From: Parachlamydiales bacterium
GTDB lineage: Bacteria > Chlamydiota > Chlamydiia > Chlamydiales > SM23-39
Length of the DNA stretch: 64,000 bases
Assembly (NCBI GenBank): GCA_050302075.1
Contig: JBNLAH010000005.1
Span: forward strand, 128,001 to 192,000
Direction of reading: 5' to 3'
How positions within the stretch are numbered: the first letter of the stretch is position 1; the number at the start of each line of letters is the position of its first letter. The notes beneath the pieces are model-generated. The model saw only the letters and a list, made by a program, of their open reading frames with translations. It did not search any database and had not been told where the DNA came from. Below, one piece after another: positions 20,541 to 29,900 of this stretch. Position numbers and translations under genes: made by a program.

Positions 20541-21914
20541 ATGGCAATAAACTCGCTCACAAAATACCCAGCAGGTGGAGTTAGAGAGCTTTTATCTCTT
20601 TCAGTACCAATATTCTTCTCAATTATTTCCTCTAATTTGATGCTTTTTTGTGATCGTTACTTTCTTTCTCAATTTTCACTAGAAGCATTCAATGCGATCG
20701 GAGTTACCAGTTACTTAGTTCTTTTGTTTCAGCTTACATGTATTAGGTTTACTTCGATTAATCAGATTTTTATTGGAAGGTGTTTAGGAGATAATACGGT
20801 TCATAATATTGGGCCTTATACTTGGCAGATGATCTGGGGTTCTTTACTTACATTTTTTATAATAACCCCTATAGGTATAGCGGCATCTGAGCTTTACTTT
20901 ACAAACATTGAAAATGGAAGCTTAGGGAAAACTTATTTTCTGATTATGCTATTTGGGAATTTTCTTTTTCCGCTAGGCGCTGCTTTGGCTGCTTTTCAAC
21001 TAGGTCTTGGGAAGACTAAAATTTTATCAATAGTTGCCCTTATTTCAAATTTTTTAAACATTGTACTAGACTACTACTTGATTAATGGAATATCAAATCT
21101 TTTAGATCCTATGGGAATTAAAGGGGCGGCAATTGCAACTTTAATCTCTCAAGGAATTTACTGTTTCATTTTGTTTCTTCTATTTATTAATCACCCACTT
21201 AAAAATAATTATAAGACAAGAGATTTTTATTTTCGCCCTGCTCTTTTCAAGGAAAGCTCTTTAGTAGGTTTTAATGGTGCATTTTCTAAGGTTGTGGGTT
21301 TTTCTGCTTGGACTATTTCCATGAACATAGCAGCAAGTAAAGGGGCTGATTATATAACCCTTATTTCATTCGGATCGACAGTTTGTATATTACTTTCTAT
21401 TATTATTGAACCTATATTAAATGGTGGGACTATACTTTTTAGTTATTTCTTGGGTCAGAATAATTGGGAATGTATTTGGAAAAGCTTTAGATCAGGAGTT
21501 ATTCTTATAATAATGGCGTTTGGATTGCTGACCATTCCTTTTGTCATATATAACCGTTTATTAATAGATGCCATAATTGGCACAAGTATCAATAAAACTA
21601 CTTTTGAATTTCTTCGTTTGGGTTGCTATTGGCTCTGGGTTTATTTTCTAATACATGGGAATAGTTTTCTTTCTTTGCACCTTATCTTAGCTATGAAAGA
21701 AGTTTTCTTTTTGTTTAAGGTAGTTATTCCACTCTCTTTTTTCTCAACATATCTGCCTTTTTATTTATCATTTAAAATTTGGAATCTAAATCCGGATAAA
21801 ATTTGGGTAGTTCCGTGGGTAAATTTTGTAGCTAGTGGTTTAATTTACTTTCTTAAAATCTTTAGATCATATAAAAAATCTCAAAAAATTATCTTTCAGG
21901 AAAATTCTATTTGA
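20541..21914 (+). CDS. MATE family efflux transporter
   Basis: About 12 TM segments; motifs ELLSLSVP, DRYFLS, NIVLDYYLI and MGIKGAAIATLISQ. Confidence 0.88.
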   Translation: MAINSLTKYPAGGVRELLSLSVPIFFSIISSNLMLFCDRYFLSQFSLEAFNAIGVTSYLVLLFQLTCIRFTSINQIFIGRCLGDNTVHNIGPYTWQMIWGSLLTFFIITPIGIAASELYFTNIENGSLGKTYFLIMLFGNFLFPLGAALAAFQLGLGKTKILSIVALISNFLNIVLDYYLINGISNLLDPMGIKGAAIATLISQGIYCFILFLLFINHPLKNNYKTRDFYFRPALFKESSLVGFNGAFSKVVGFSAWTISMNIAASKGADYITLISFGSTVCILLSIIIEPILNGGTILFSYFLGQNNWECIWKSFRSGVILIIMAFGLLTIPFVIYNRLLIDAIIGTSINKTTFEFLRLGCYWLWVYFLIHGNSFLSLHLILAMKEVFFLFKVVIPLSFFSTYLPFYLSFKIWNLNPDKIWVVPWVNFVASGLIYFLKIFRSYKKSQKIIFQENSI

Positions 21915-21956
21915 AATTTTTTTGAGATAAATTCAAGATACTGACTTTCCAATAAA

Positions 21957-22517
21957 ATGGAGTCTATTATGAAAAATACTTTAGTTAAGACACTAATAAT
22001 AGCAGCATTACTTTTATGCTCTAACCTAAGAGCAAAAGCAAATAGTTGCATGGCCACATTAAAAAAGGTCAAGATGCAAAAAAGCTTTTACATAAGCAAA
22101 AGTAACTACAACCATCAGCTTGCTCGAATGTATGGTTTGCAAAATAGAGAGAATTTAAAGGCCTATCATGTAGGTTCTAAATTTTTTGACCCTTCACATA
22201 AAGTTCCGACAGTAGAAAATCTTGCGGATAGCATTAAGTCTCATCCATATTTTATAGGCAGCTTTGCAAATGAGCCTAGCTACGATGAATACATCAGCCT
22301 CAAAGCTAAAGTAAAGCATCCGTTCTTTATTTTAGAAACACGTCAAAATGAAAGAAGTGATTTTTATATGGTGCACTCAAAAGGAGTTCGTCATTTTTCA
22401 ATTAAATCCTTAAATAAAATTGATAAAAATAGCATGGCTAGTATAGATAACTCAGTTGTTATAGATTATCCTGATTTATTATCTTTTATTAAGTGCACTC
22501 TTAACATTCCATGTTAA
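21957..22517 (+). CDS. Hypothetical exported protein
   Basis: Signal-peptide-like N-terminus (MKNTLVKTLIIAALLLCSNLRAKA). The real start may be the second Met. Confidence 0.6.
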   Translation: MESIMKNTLVKTLIIAALLLCSNLRAKANSCMATLKKVKMQKSFYISKSNYNHQLARMYGLQNRENLKAYHVGSKFFDPSHKVPTVENLADSIKSHPYFIGSFANEPSYDEYISLKAKVKHPFFILETRQNERSDFYMVHSKGVRHFSIKSLNKIDKNSMASIDNSVVIDYPDLLSFIKCTLNIPC

Positions 22518-22535
22518 CGAGAAAATAAAAACTTT

Positions 22536-22576
22536 AAAGAGACTTTATTTAAATTTTTAAATAAAGTCTCTTTTTT
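22536..22576. terminator. Probable bidirectional intrinsic terminator
   Basis: 18-bp inverted repeat AAAGAGACTTTATTTAAA / TTTAAATAAAGTCTCTTT between convergent genes, followed by a T-run. Confidence 0.75.
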
Positions 22577-22595
22577 CTTAGAAAACATAAGTCTA

Positions 22596-25457
22596 TTATT
22601 TTTTGTAACAATTGCGAATGTCAAATGATTGTGAATTTCCAACATTAATATCGAAGACATCCGATTGAATTAACGAATAAATTGAAGTAGAAACAAGTGG
22701 AATAAGAGGCTTTTCGTCATAAAGTATCTTTTCAGCTTGTTTGTAGAGGCTTTTGCGAGTCTTTAAACAAGAAGTTTTTTGAATTAATTGAATCAGATCA
22801 TTAATTTCCAGGCTATTCCAACTGGCATAATTAATAATATTTCCTAGAGATGAAAAAGAGTTAAGAAAATAACTTGGATCCTGAACTTTATTGATCCAGC
22901 CATATATGTAGAGGCTAATTTGCCTATTACGAATCATTGATAAATATTTAGAGGATTTAACTACGGTAGGTTCGATATTTATATCAAATAGGTCATTTAG
23001 TTGTTTTGCAATAAGCTTTTCAAGTCCTCGAGAATGAACGGTTGCATAAATTTTTTCTTGGTTAAATATGTCAGGTTTTAGTTTCATTTCTTCAAGAGCT
23101 TCAAAAAAAAGTTTTTTTGCAAGTATTTGGTTTTCAACTTCAGATTCTTTTAGGTTTAACTGACTAAACTCAGGTGAATAAGGAGCATAATAAGGTTGAG
23201 ATATATTTGAAAAGGCGTTTGCTAACTCTTCTCTTTGAATGGCTAATGAAAGTGCTGATCTCATTTTTTTATTGGAATAAAGAAACTTTTGGCAATCAAA
23301 ACTAAAGTATCTTACCTCTGTAACATATCTTTTTTTCTGAACTCTTGGAGAATTTAGTAAAGATGAAGATTGTTTTTTGCAAAAAGGATAAAGTAGTGCG
23401 TCAAGTTTCTTTTCTTGAAAAAGTAATTGGGATTCTTCTTCTGTTGTACTAGAAATAATGATCCTTTCAAGTTTGACTTTTTCGTTTTCCCAGAAAAGAT
23501 GATTCTTCTTTAAGATAATTTTTTTATTGCTAAGCGAATCAATAGTGAATGCTCCATTACATGGATATGTTGTACCTAAAGACTTTGGCCAGCTAGGGTT
23601 ATCGATGTCGACTGATTTGCAAACTGGAGAAAAAGCAGAATGTGCACAAAGTTCTAGAAAATAAGGACACGGGTAGTCAAGTTTTACCTCTAAAGTCAAA
23701 TCATCAATTGCTTTAATACCAAGCTCTGAAGAGGGTAGTTTTCCTTCTTTAACTGCTTTGGCGTTTTCTATCGGGTAAAATAAGTAACTCAAAGGGGAGG
23801 AAAAGTCAGGTTTTAAGCTAGTATTCCAGCTATAGGCAAAGTCATGAGCTGTTAATGGCATTTCATTTGACCAGTAACTTTTTCTTAAATGGAAGCGATA
23901 TATAAGTCCCGATTTTGAAATCTCAATTTTCTTTGCAATTGCATTTTCAGGTTTTCCATTTTTACCAATTTTTGTAAGTCCCTCAAAGAGCATTTTGAGT
24001 AAGCAGCTTGGTTCTTCTTCAGTTCCAATCCTTGGGTCAAATGAGGAAAGCTTGGTCGTTAAACTTAATTTCAAGACTTGCTTGAGTTCTTTTTTTTCTT
24101 TCCAATGGTTATAAAATGAAAGAGTTAAGCTTTTAAGTAGTTCACTTTCTAGTCCGGTTTTTTGAAGTGCACAGCTTATAGCAGATATTTCATTCGTGAC
24201 GCTAGAAGCGATAAGAACCTCTGGAAATTTGCTTAGTACGAGATGCTTGAATTCCTTTTCAAAACCTAAATTAATGGTCCTAATTGTAATGCAAATGCTG
24301 TCTTCATCTTCTTTAACAAAATAATCTATTTCTTTTTCAAGACTTCTTCTATTCATTGAAGCAAATACTTTTTTCAGCAATGAAATTGAAGCGGTTGCTT
24401 GCCTTTCTTGAGGATAGATCCCATAGAAAAAGCTTTCTAAAGTTTCGATGGGAGCTTTTATTTCCTTGCAAAGGAGCTTAAAATTATTTTCGATTGTTTC
24501 TAACAAGCCCCCATTGACATCACGAATAGATCCGAGAAGGCTTTCAATAAGAAGGAATACTTTTTTGCGAGCTTCTATAATTGATGATGCAGCTTCAGTT
24601 GCAATCTCAACAGTTAACATAACTCCATCTTTATGATAGCTTTTTGCTTTTAAAGTATTTGAAGCTTCAATGTGAATATCAGGATTACTTAACTTCTTTT
24701 TAAGATGGTCTTTATTTAATTCTCTAGGAGCGCAAATAAGGGCCGAGAACTGAAAACTACTTTCTGTTAGCTTACTAAAATCTATAAAAACTTGAGGGAG
24801 GTCTTTTTTCTTTAGATCATTTATAGCCCACTGAAAGCTTTTAAGCAGCAGCTCACGATTACTTGGAACAATTAATTGTGATTTTGGCCTTCCTAAATAA
24901 TCTTCGATTATTTTTGGAAGGTTATGCTGAAAAGAAGATACTTCTTTTTCTGAGAAAGTATTTTCTTTTTGAACTTCTAAATAGATTTTTGCAGTGTTTT
25001 CTTGTTGGTCGATTATTGATAAAAATGATCCATTTACTAAAGCGATTTCTTTGTAATTTTCTAAGATTAATTTTTTGATGGTGTCGATATCTAAAGAAGA
25101 GTCTCGTATATCAATAAAAAAGCCAAGAACTTCCTTAGTCCTAAATGGAAACCTAAGTATGTGCCTTAATGTATAAAGATTACAGCTTCCTTTAAAAGAT
25201 GCTTGAGAGTAGGACAATTTTTCTAAAAGCCAAACCAATAATTCATCGCTTCTTGTCTCGATGAATGATTTATTTGTGAAACTTAAAAGTTTCATAGTAG
25301 CATCTAGGTAATTCTCAAAATAAAAGGCATTATCATTAAGGTTCCAAAGCAGTTTAAAAATTCTGAGCTTTTCACTCCCAACTTGATTGATGGCTTCTTT
25401 TATATTAAAAATAGAAAAAAATAAATTACTTTTCTTTTTTTTAGGAATTTTTTCCAT
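22596..25457 (-). CDS. OppA-like (SBP family 5) domain fused to a ~450-aa uncharacterised N-terminal region
   Basis: The C-terminal half has SFDPR, LFEGLT, YRFHLRKSYWSN..PLTAHDF, IDDLTLEVKL and NGAF, all family-5 SBP motifs. No signal peptide or lipobox. Confidence 0.8.
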   Translation of the reverse strand: MEKIPKKKKSNLFFSIFNIKEAINQVGSEKLRIFKLLWNLNDNAFYFENYLDATMKLLSFTNKSFIETRSDELLVWLLEKLSYSQASFKGSCNLYTLRHILRFPFRTKEVLGFFIDIRDSSLDIDTIKKLILENYKEIALVNGSFLSIIDQQENTAKIYLEVQKENTFSEKEVSSFQHNLPKIIEDYLGRPKSQLIVPSNRELLLKSFQWAINDLKKKDLPQVFIDFSKLTESSFQFSALICAPRELNKDHLKKKLSNPDIHIEASNTLKAKSYHKDGVMLTVEIATEAASSIIEARKKVFLLIESLLGSIRDVNGGLLETIENNFKLLCKEIKAPIETLESFFYGIYPQERQATASISLLKKVFASMNRRSLEKEIDYFVKEDEDSICITIRTINLGFEKEFKHLVLSKFPEVLIASSVTNEISAISCALQKTGLESELLKSLTLSFYNHWKEKKELKQVLKLSLTTKLSSFDPRIGTEEEPSCLLKMLFEGLTKIGKNGKPENAIAKKIEISKSGLIYRFHLRKSYWSNEMPLTAHDFAYSWNTSLKPDFSSPLSYLFYPIENAKAVKEGKLPSSELGIKAIDDLTLEVKLDYPCPYFLELCAHSAFSPVCKSVDIDNPSWPKSLGTTYPCNGAFTIDSLSNKKIILKKNHLFWENEKVKLERIIISSTTEEESQLLFQEKKLDALLYPFCKKQSSSLLNSPRVQKKRYVTEVRYFSFDCQKFLYSNKKMRSALSLAIQREELANAFSNISQPYYAPYSPEFSQLNLKESEVENQILAKKLFFEALEEMKLKPDIFNQEKIYATVHSRGLEKLIAKQLNDLFDINIEPTVVKSSKYLSMIRNRQISLYIYGWINKVQDPSYFLNSFSSLGNIINYASWNSLEINDLIQLIQKTSCLKTRKSLYKQAEKILYDEKPLIPLVSTSIYSLIQSDVFDINVGNSQSFDIRNCYKK

Positions 25458-25578
25458 GGCAAAAATTTAGTTAAATGCTGCAGTGTATCGATATTCTTAA
25501 AAAATTTGGAGTAAAAAATTGAATGGATGCAGATTTTATTATAAGGCTTTGAAAACCGAATTTTAGATAGATTTTCTT

Positions 25579-25983
25579 CTAATATTTTTTAGGAAGAGAC
25601 TTTTCTTCTGTAGCGGGATCGAATTTATAATCAACGCCATCAATGCGAATAGTTCTATAGACCCAAGGATCACTGTTTTCTCGCATTAAGCGATCACAGC
25701 CCATAATAAATCCTTTGAAAAATCCGTAACGCTTGATTGCGTTTTCCATGTATCTTGAACTAGTTGGTCTAAAGTTGCTTTTAGGGCCATTGGCAGGGGA
25801 GATATTTGATTGGTAAAAAACAATTATTTTATTGGCTATTTTTGCACCGGTAGACTTTTCAGTAAGTTCTTCTTTTGCCCTGTGTTTTTTACTTAACTGA
25901 GATCCTTTTCCCCATGGTTCTTTGTAGTAGTCTTTAGCAAAGACCAAAAATGGAAGCATTAATATTATTAATCTAAAAGCCAT
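25579..25983 (-). CDS. yidD: Membrane protein insertion efficiency factor YidD-like protein
   Basis: FYQSNISP...FRPTSSRY...AIKRYGFFKG...DRLMREN pattern. The usual Cys residues are replaced and the N-terminus is signal-like. Confidence 0.72.
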   Translation of the reverse strand: MAFRLIILMLPFLVFAKDYYKEPWGKGSQLSKKHRAKEELTEKSTGAKIANKIIVFYQSNISPANGPKSNFRPTSSRYMENAIKRYGFFKGFIMGCDRLMRENSDPWVYRTIRIDGVDYKFDPATEEKSLPKKY

Positions 25984-26917
25984 ATTGCAAAGAAAACACT
26001 GGAAATAGTTTATAATGGTTCATTATCTTTGTGGCCATACCCTCGTATAACCTTTCGTTATAGTATCTGGCCTCAAGGCCTGCCCCATGAATACCCCCAA
26101 AATACCAACCAAGTTCGAAGCTTGTAGTAATAACACCCGCAGCTATTTCTCCTTTGGAGAAAAAATGGGCGGCAGCCCCAATGAATAATGCATTTATAAA
26201 AAAAGATGTAACAGCTGCTTTTTTTTGTCCTACATAAAGATAGCCAGTTCCAGGTAGCAGAGCATTAAAGCCCTTGGCTTTTGAGATTGATTTTTTATTT
26301 TGTGAATAGCTAGCTATAAGAAAAGATACATCTTTTTCGTAGTCGGTGGATTTTGATAGTTTTTCCATTTGAGGAATGTTGGCATTTAAGAAGGCTTGAG
26401 ATATTTGAATTTTTTTAGCACTTTTAGGAAAGTCCCTATTCAAAAGACTAAATACTTGTTCTGCCATTTGACAGTTTCCGGTTTTTAAATAGCTAGTATG
26501 TAAAATTATCAAAAGGTCGTGGTAAGGAGGAAAAGATTTGTCAACATGAGCCAATTCCGTTTTTTCAAATAAATTGACTACATCATCGTATCTATCACCT
26601 AGAAAATAGCAGAGTAAAATATTGTACTGTATTTCTAAAGCTCTGTCGGAGTCATCTTCTGTAAGAAGAAACTCAGCTCTTTTAAATGTTGAAACAGCTC
26701 TGTAAAGGTCCATCTCTTTAGCAAATCTAATTGCAATGATGTATTCCTTTGCCCATCCTTTTTCCCTATCAGCAGGATCAATAGGGGAGAAAGCAGGTTT
26801 TAGCTTATTGATATAGCTTTCTTCTAGCTGGTGATTTATTTTTGGCTCTATTTTATCTGGAACTCTATAGCATCCGATAGTAAATAAAGTTAGCAAAAAA
26901 AGAGTGATTCTAGTCAT
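25973..26917 (-). CDS. Putative lipoprotein with TPR-like helices and a C-terminal hydrophobic segment
   Basis: Lipobox-like LFTIGC, helical repeats, and an LLPGTGYLYVG (TM2-like) motif. Coupled to the cdsC stop. Confidence 0.65.
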   Translation of the reverse strand: MTRITLFLLTLFTIGCYRVPDKIEPKINHQLEESYINKLKPAFSPIDPADREKGWAKEYIIAIRFAKEMDLYRAVSTFKRAEFLLTEDDSDRALEIQYNILLCYFLGDRYDDVVNLFEKTELAHVDKSFPPYHDLLIILHTSYLKTGNCQMAEQVFSLLNRDFPKSAKKIQISQAFLNANIPQMEKLSKSTDYEKDVSFLIASYSQNKKSISKAKGFNALLPGTGYLYVGQKKAAVTSFFINALFIGAAAHFFSKGEIAAGVITTSFELGWYFGGIHGAGLEARYYNERLYEGMATKIMNHYKLFPVFSLQYGF

Positions 26918-29900
26918 CTTCGTATGATTTAATCATTTCCATAGCTTCATCTGTTTCATTTTCTAAAGCAGCATTCCCGGCTTTTTCTCTAAAGAAGTCT
27001 TCTTGCTGCTCAGTAATTGCTTGCATGTCTTCTAAAGAAGTAATGATATGCGGCTTTAAGAAAATAACAATATTTCTATCATTTTCAAGATTATTATTTA
27101 AACTAAATGCAGCTCCAATTAAAGGTAGTCCTCCAAGGCAGGGAATACCTGATTTGCTTCGATTTTTGGTTTGAGTTACCATGCCGGTCAAGATTAAGAA
27201 ATTTTTGTTTGGTACATGGAATGTTGTATCTAAGCTTGTTTTAGAGGTGGTGATTCCTTGAACATTATTAACAATCAAGTTTTGTTGGTCAGTTGTTTCT
27301 TGTCTGGAAAGTTTAAGTTGCAATGTCACAACATCCGAGTTACCAAGAACTGGAGTTATTTCCATATCAACACCAATATCACGATATTCAATGTTGGTAG
27401 TAGAAACAGTATTTGCACCTTCATTTTGAACAAAAGAACCAATAAATGGGATGTTAAATCCAATAAATAAATTAGATTTTTTACTGTCTTGAGCAAATAC
27501 TTTAGGGGTAGTCACGATGACAGTTTCATTATCTTGTTGAAGGGCTGTCATAAGCGATCCCATTGAAACAAATGACTGTCCTTTGTGAAAGATTACATCA
27601 CCGATTGCACCTAAACTAAAGCCACTTGAGAATGGGATGTCCGTTGGAACAGGGGTAGTTGTAGCATTGATCTGCTGGAATTGTCCTGGAAACGTTCCAC
27701 TTGCAGTAGAGGTGTTTGGGGGTAAATTGTTGAAGCTGGCAGATGCTTTATCTTTCCATTTGCCCTTACCTAGCCAATCTAGCCCAAAGTTCAAGGTATT
27801 TGTAAGTGATGTTTCGATAACTAGGACTTCAATAAAAACTTGTTTTAAAGGAATATCTAAACTTTTAATAAGCTCTCTTAGTCTTGTTAAAATTGGCTGT
27901 GATCCTGTGATCAGTAGTGAGTTAGTAACTTCTATCCATTGGATTGCATTAATAGTTTCTATTAAGGTTTTGTCGGCAGCTTTAGACTCTAGCAAGTCTT
28001 TTGCAATTGATCTAAGTGCACTTCTAATTTGCTCTCCTTTGTGATACTGAAGCTTATAGACTAAAAAGTTAGTTGAGCCGGTAGGAGACATAGTAGGTTC
28101 GTGGACTGATGATAAGCCATCAGATGGAGAATCAATTTCAGTTATTAAGCTCTTAACTTTGTCAATGGTCTGTTTGTCTCCAGTGACTATTAAAGACTTA
28201 TTAGACTCAACCCATCTTGTGTTGTTTAGCGCTTGGTGAAGTTTAGGGTCACATAAGCCACTCATCTTTAAGTTTTCACCAAATTCTTCAAGCTGTCTTT
28301 GGAGCTCGATTCCAGATAGATATTTTGGCTTATAAATAAAGAACTCTGCTTCTCCTTCTTGAAAACACTCGACGGCCCCAATAGGCGCAACATCAAATTT
28401 TTCAACAAGTGCTTGCGCTTTTTCTAAAGAAGCTGGATCACCTGTGAAAAGTAATGAGTTTGTCTCAGGTACATATTTCATGCTATCAAGGGCTTGAATG
28501 AATCTAGAATCAGCCGTGCCTGATCTTTTCAGGTCTTTAGTAATTTGTTTGACAGATGATTGAATTTGTGAGCCTGATGAGTTTCTAATCTTATACAGTA
28601 AAAATGTTGATTTACCAATTTGCTGAATTCGTGACTTGGATGCTTCATCATCGATATTGTCTAAAAGTGCTTGTAACTTTTTTAACGCTTCAGGGGTACC
28701 TGTAAAAATAAATGATTGAGTTGTATCGTTGTATTTCATCCCCTTAATTGCGCTAAGAAGGGCAGAGTCAGCCAGATCAGACTTTTTTAAGTTGCTAGCA
28801 ATTTCGTCTAACGATTTTTGAATAATCTCAGCTGGAATATTTTTTGGTTTATACATCAAAAAGTCAGTCTGTCCAATCCCAGACATATCTCTTTTTACAT
28901 CGAACTGAGCTACGATATTTTTAGCTTCTTCTAGAGTCTTAGGATAACCTGTTAGAAGAATAGAGTTAGTTTCTTTAACCCACTTTGCATTGTCTAAAGT
29001 ATCAATTAGATCGGAGTCTTTAAGCCCTGTTGCTTTTAAATTGCTTGCAAACTTCTCAAGATCCTCTTCGACAATTGCTCCTGAAATATTTTGAAGTTTA
29101 TATAAGTAATAAGAAGAAAGCGCATGTTTTTGGGCTTCTTCAGGTACATCAAAAGAATCTAATAAACTCTTAACCTTTTCTAAAGCAAACTCAGGCCCAG
29201 AAAACATTAAAGATCTCGACTCTGGAACCCATTTCATGGATTTGATGGCTTGAATAATAGGCTCGTTTTTTAGTCCTGATTTAGAGAGGTTTTGAACAAC
29301 TTCTTTTAAATACTGTTCAGCCCTATCTTTTGGTACATATTTCAGCTGATAAATAAAATAAGTTTGTTGAGCTCCTGAAATTTCTTTAGAGTCAATATCT
29401 TTTAGCAACAGCTCCAACTTTTGTAAAGAAGCTGAATCACCTGTAAAGATAATTGACTGTGTATTTTTTATAAATTTCCCACTTTCAATGGCTCTTAGGA
29501 GAGCTGGATTTGCTAAGTTTGAAGATTCAAAGCTTTGCGCCATTTCTTTTAATGACTCCAGGACTTGATCTCCAGTTAGATTTTGAGGGTGGTAAATAAG
29601 AAATTGATTGCTAATTGGCAACAGCCCATTTTTTTGGTCAAAACTCTCTAACAAGCTTTTTAGTTTTTTTATTCCAGACTCAGGGCCTGTGAATAAAAGA
29701 GAGTTTGTATCAGGCATGTACTTTGCTGATTCAATGGTCTCAATCAAATCCTTTTCTTCAACATCAGCTTTTTTTAGGTCCTTAGCAGTAGCTTTAAGGG
29801 CATCTAATAAAGTAGTGTGCGATGTGTTTTCTACTTTGTACATCCAAAAAGTTTTTTTGTGAGATAACAAATCTCCATTTGCTTCAGTGTCAGCTGATAT

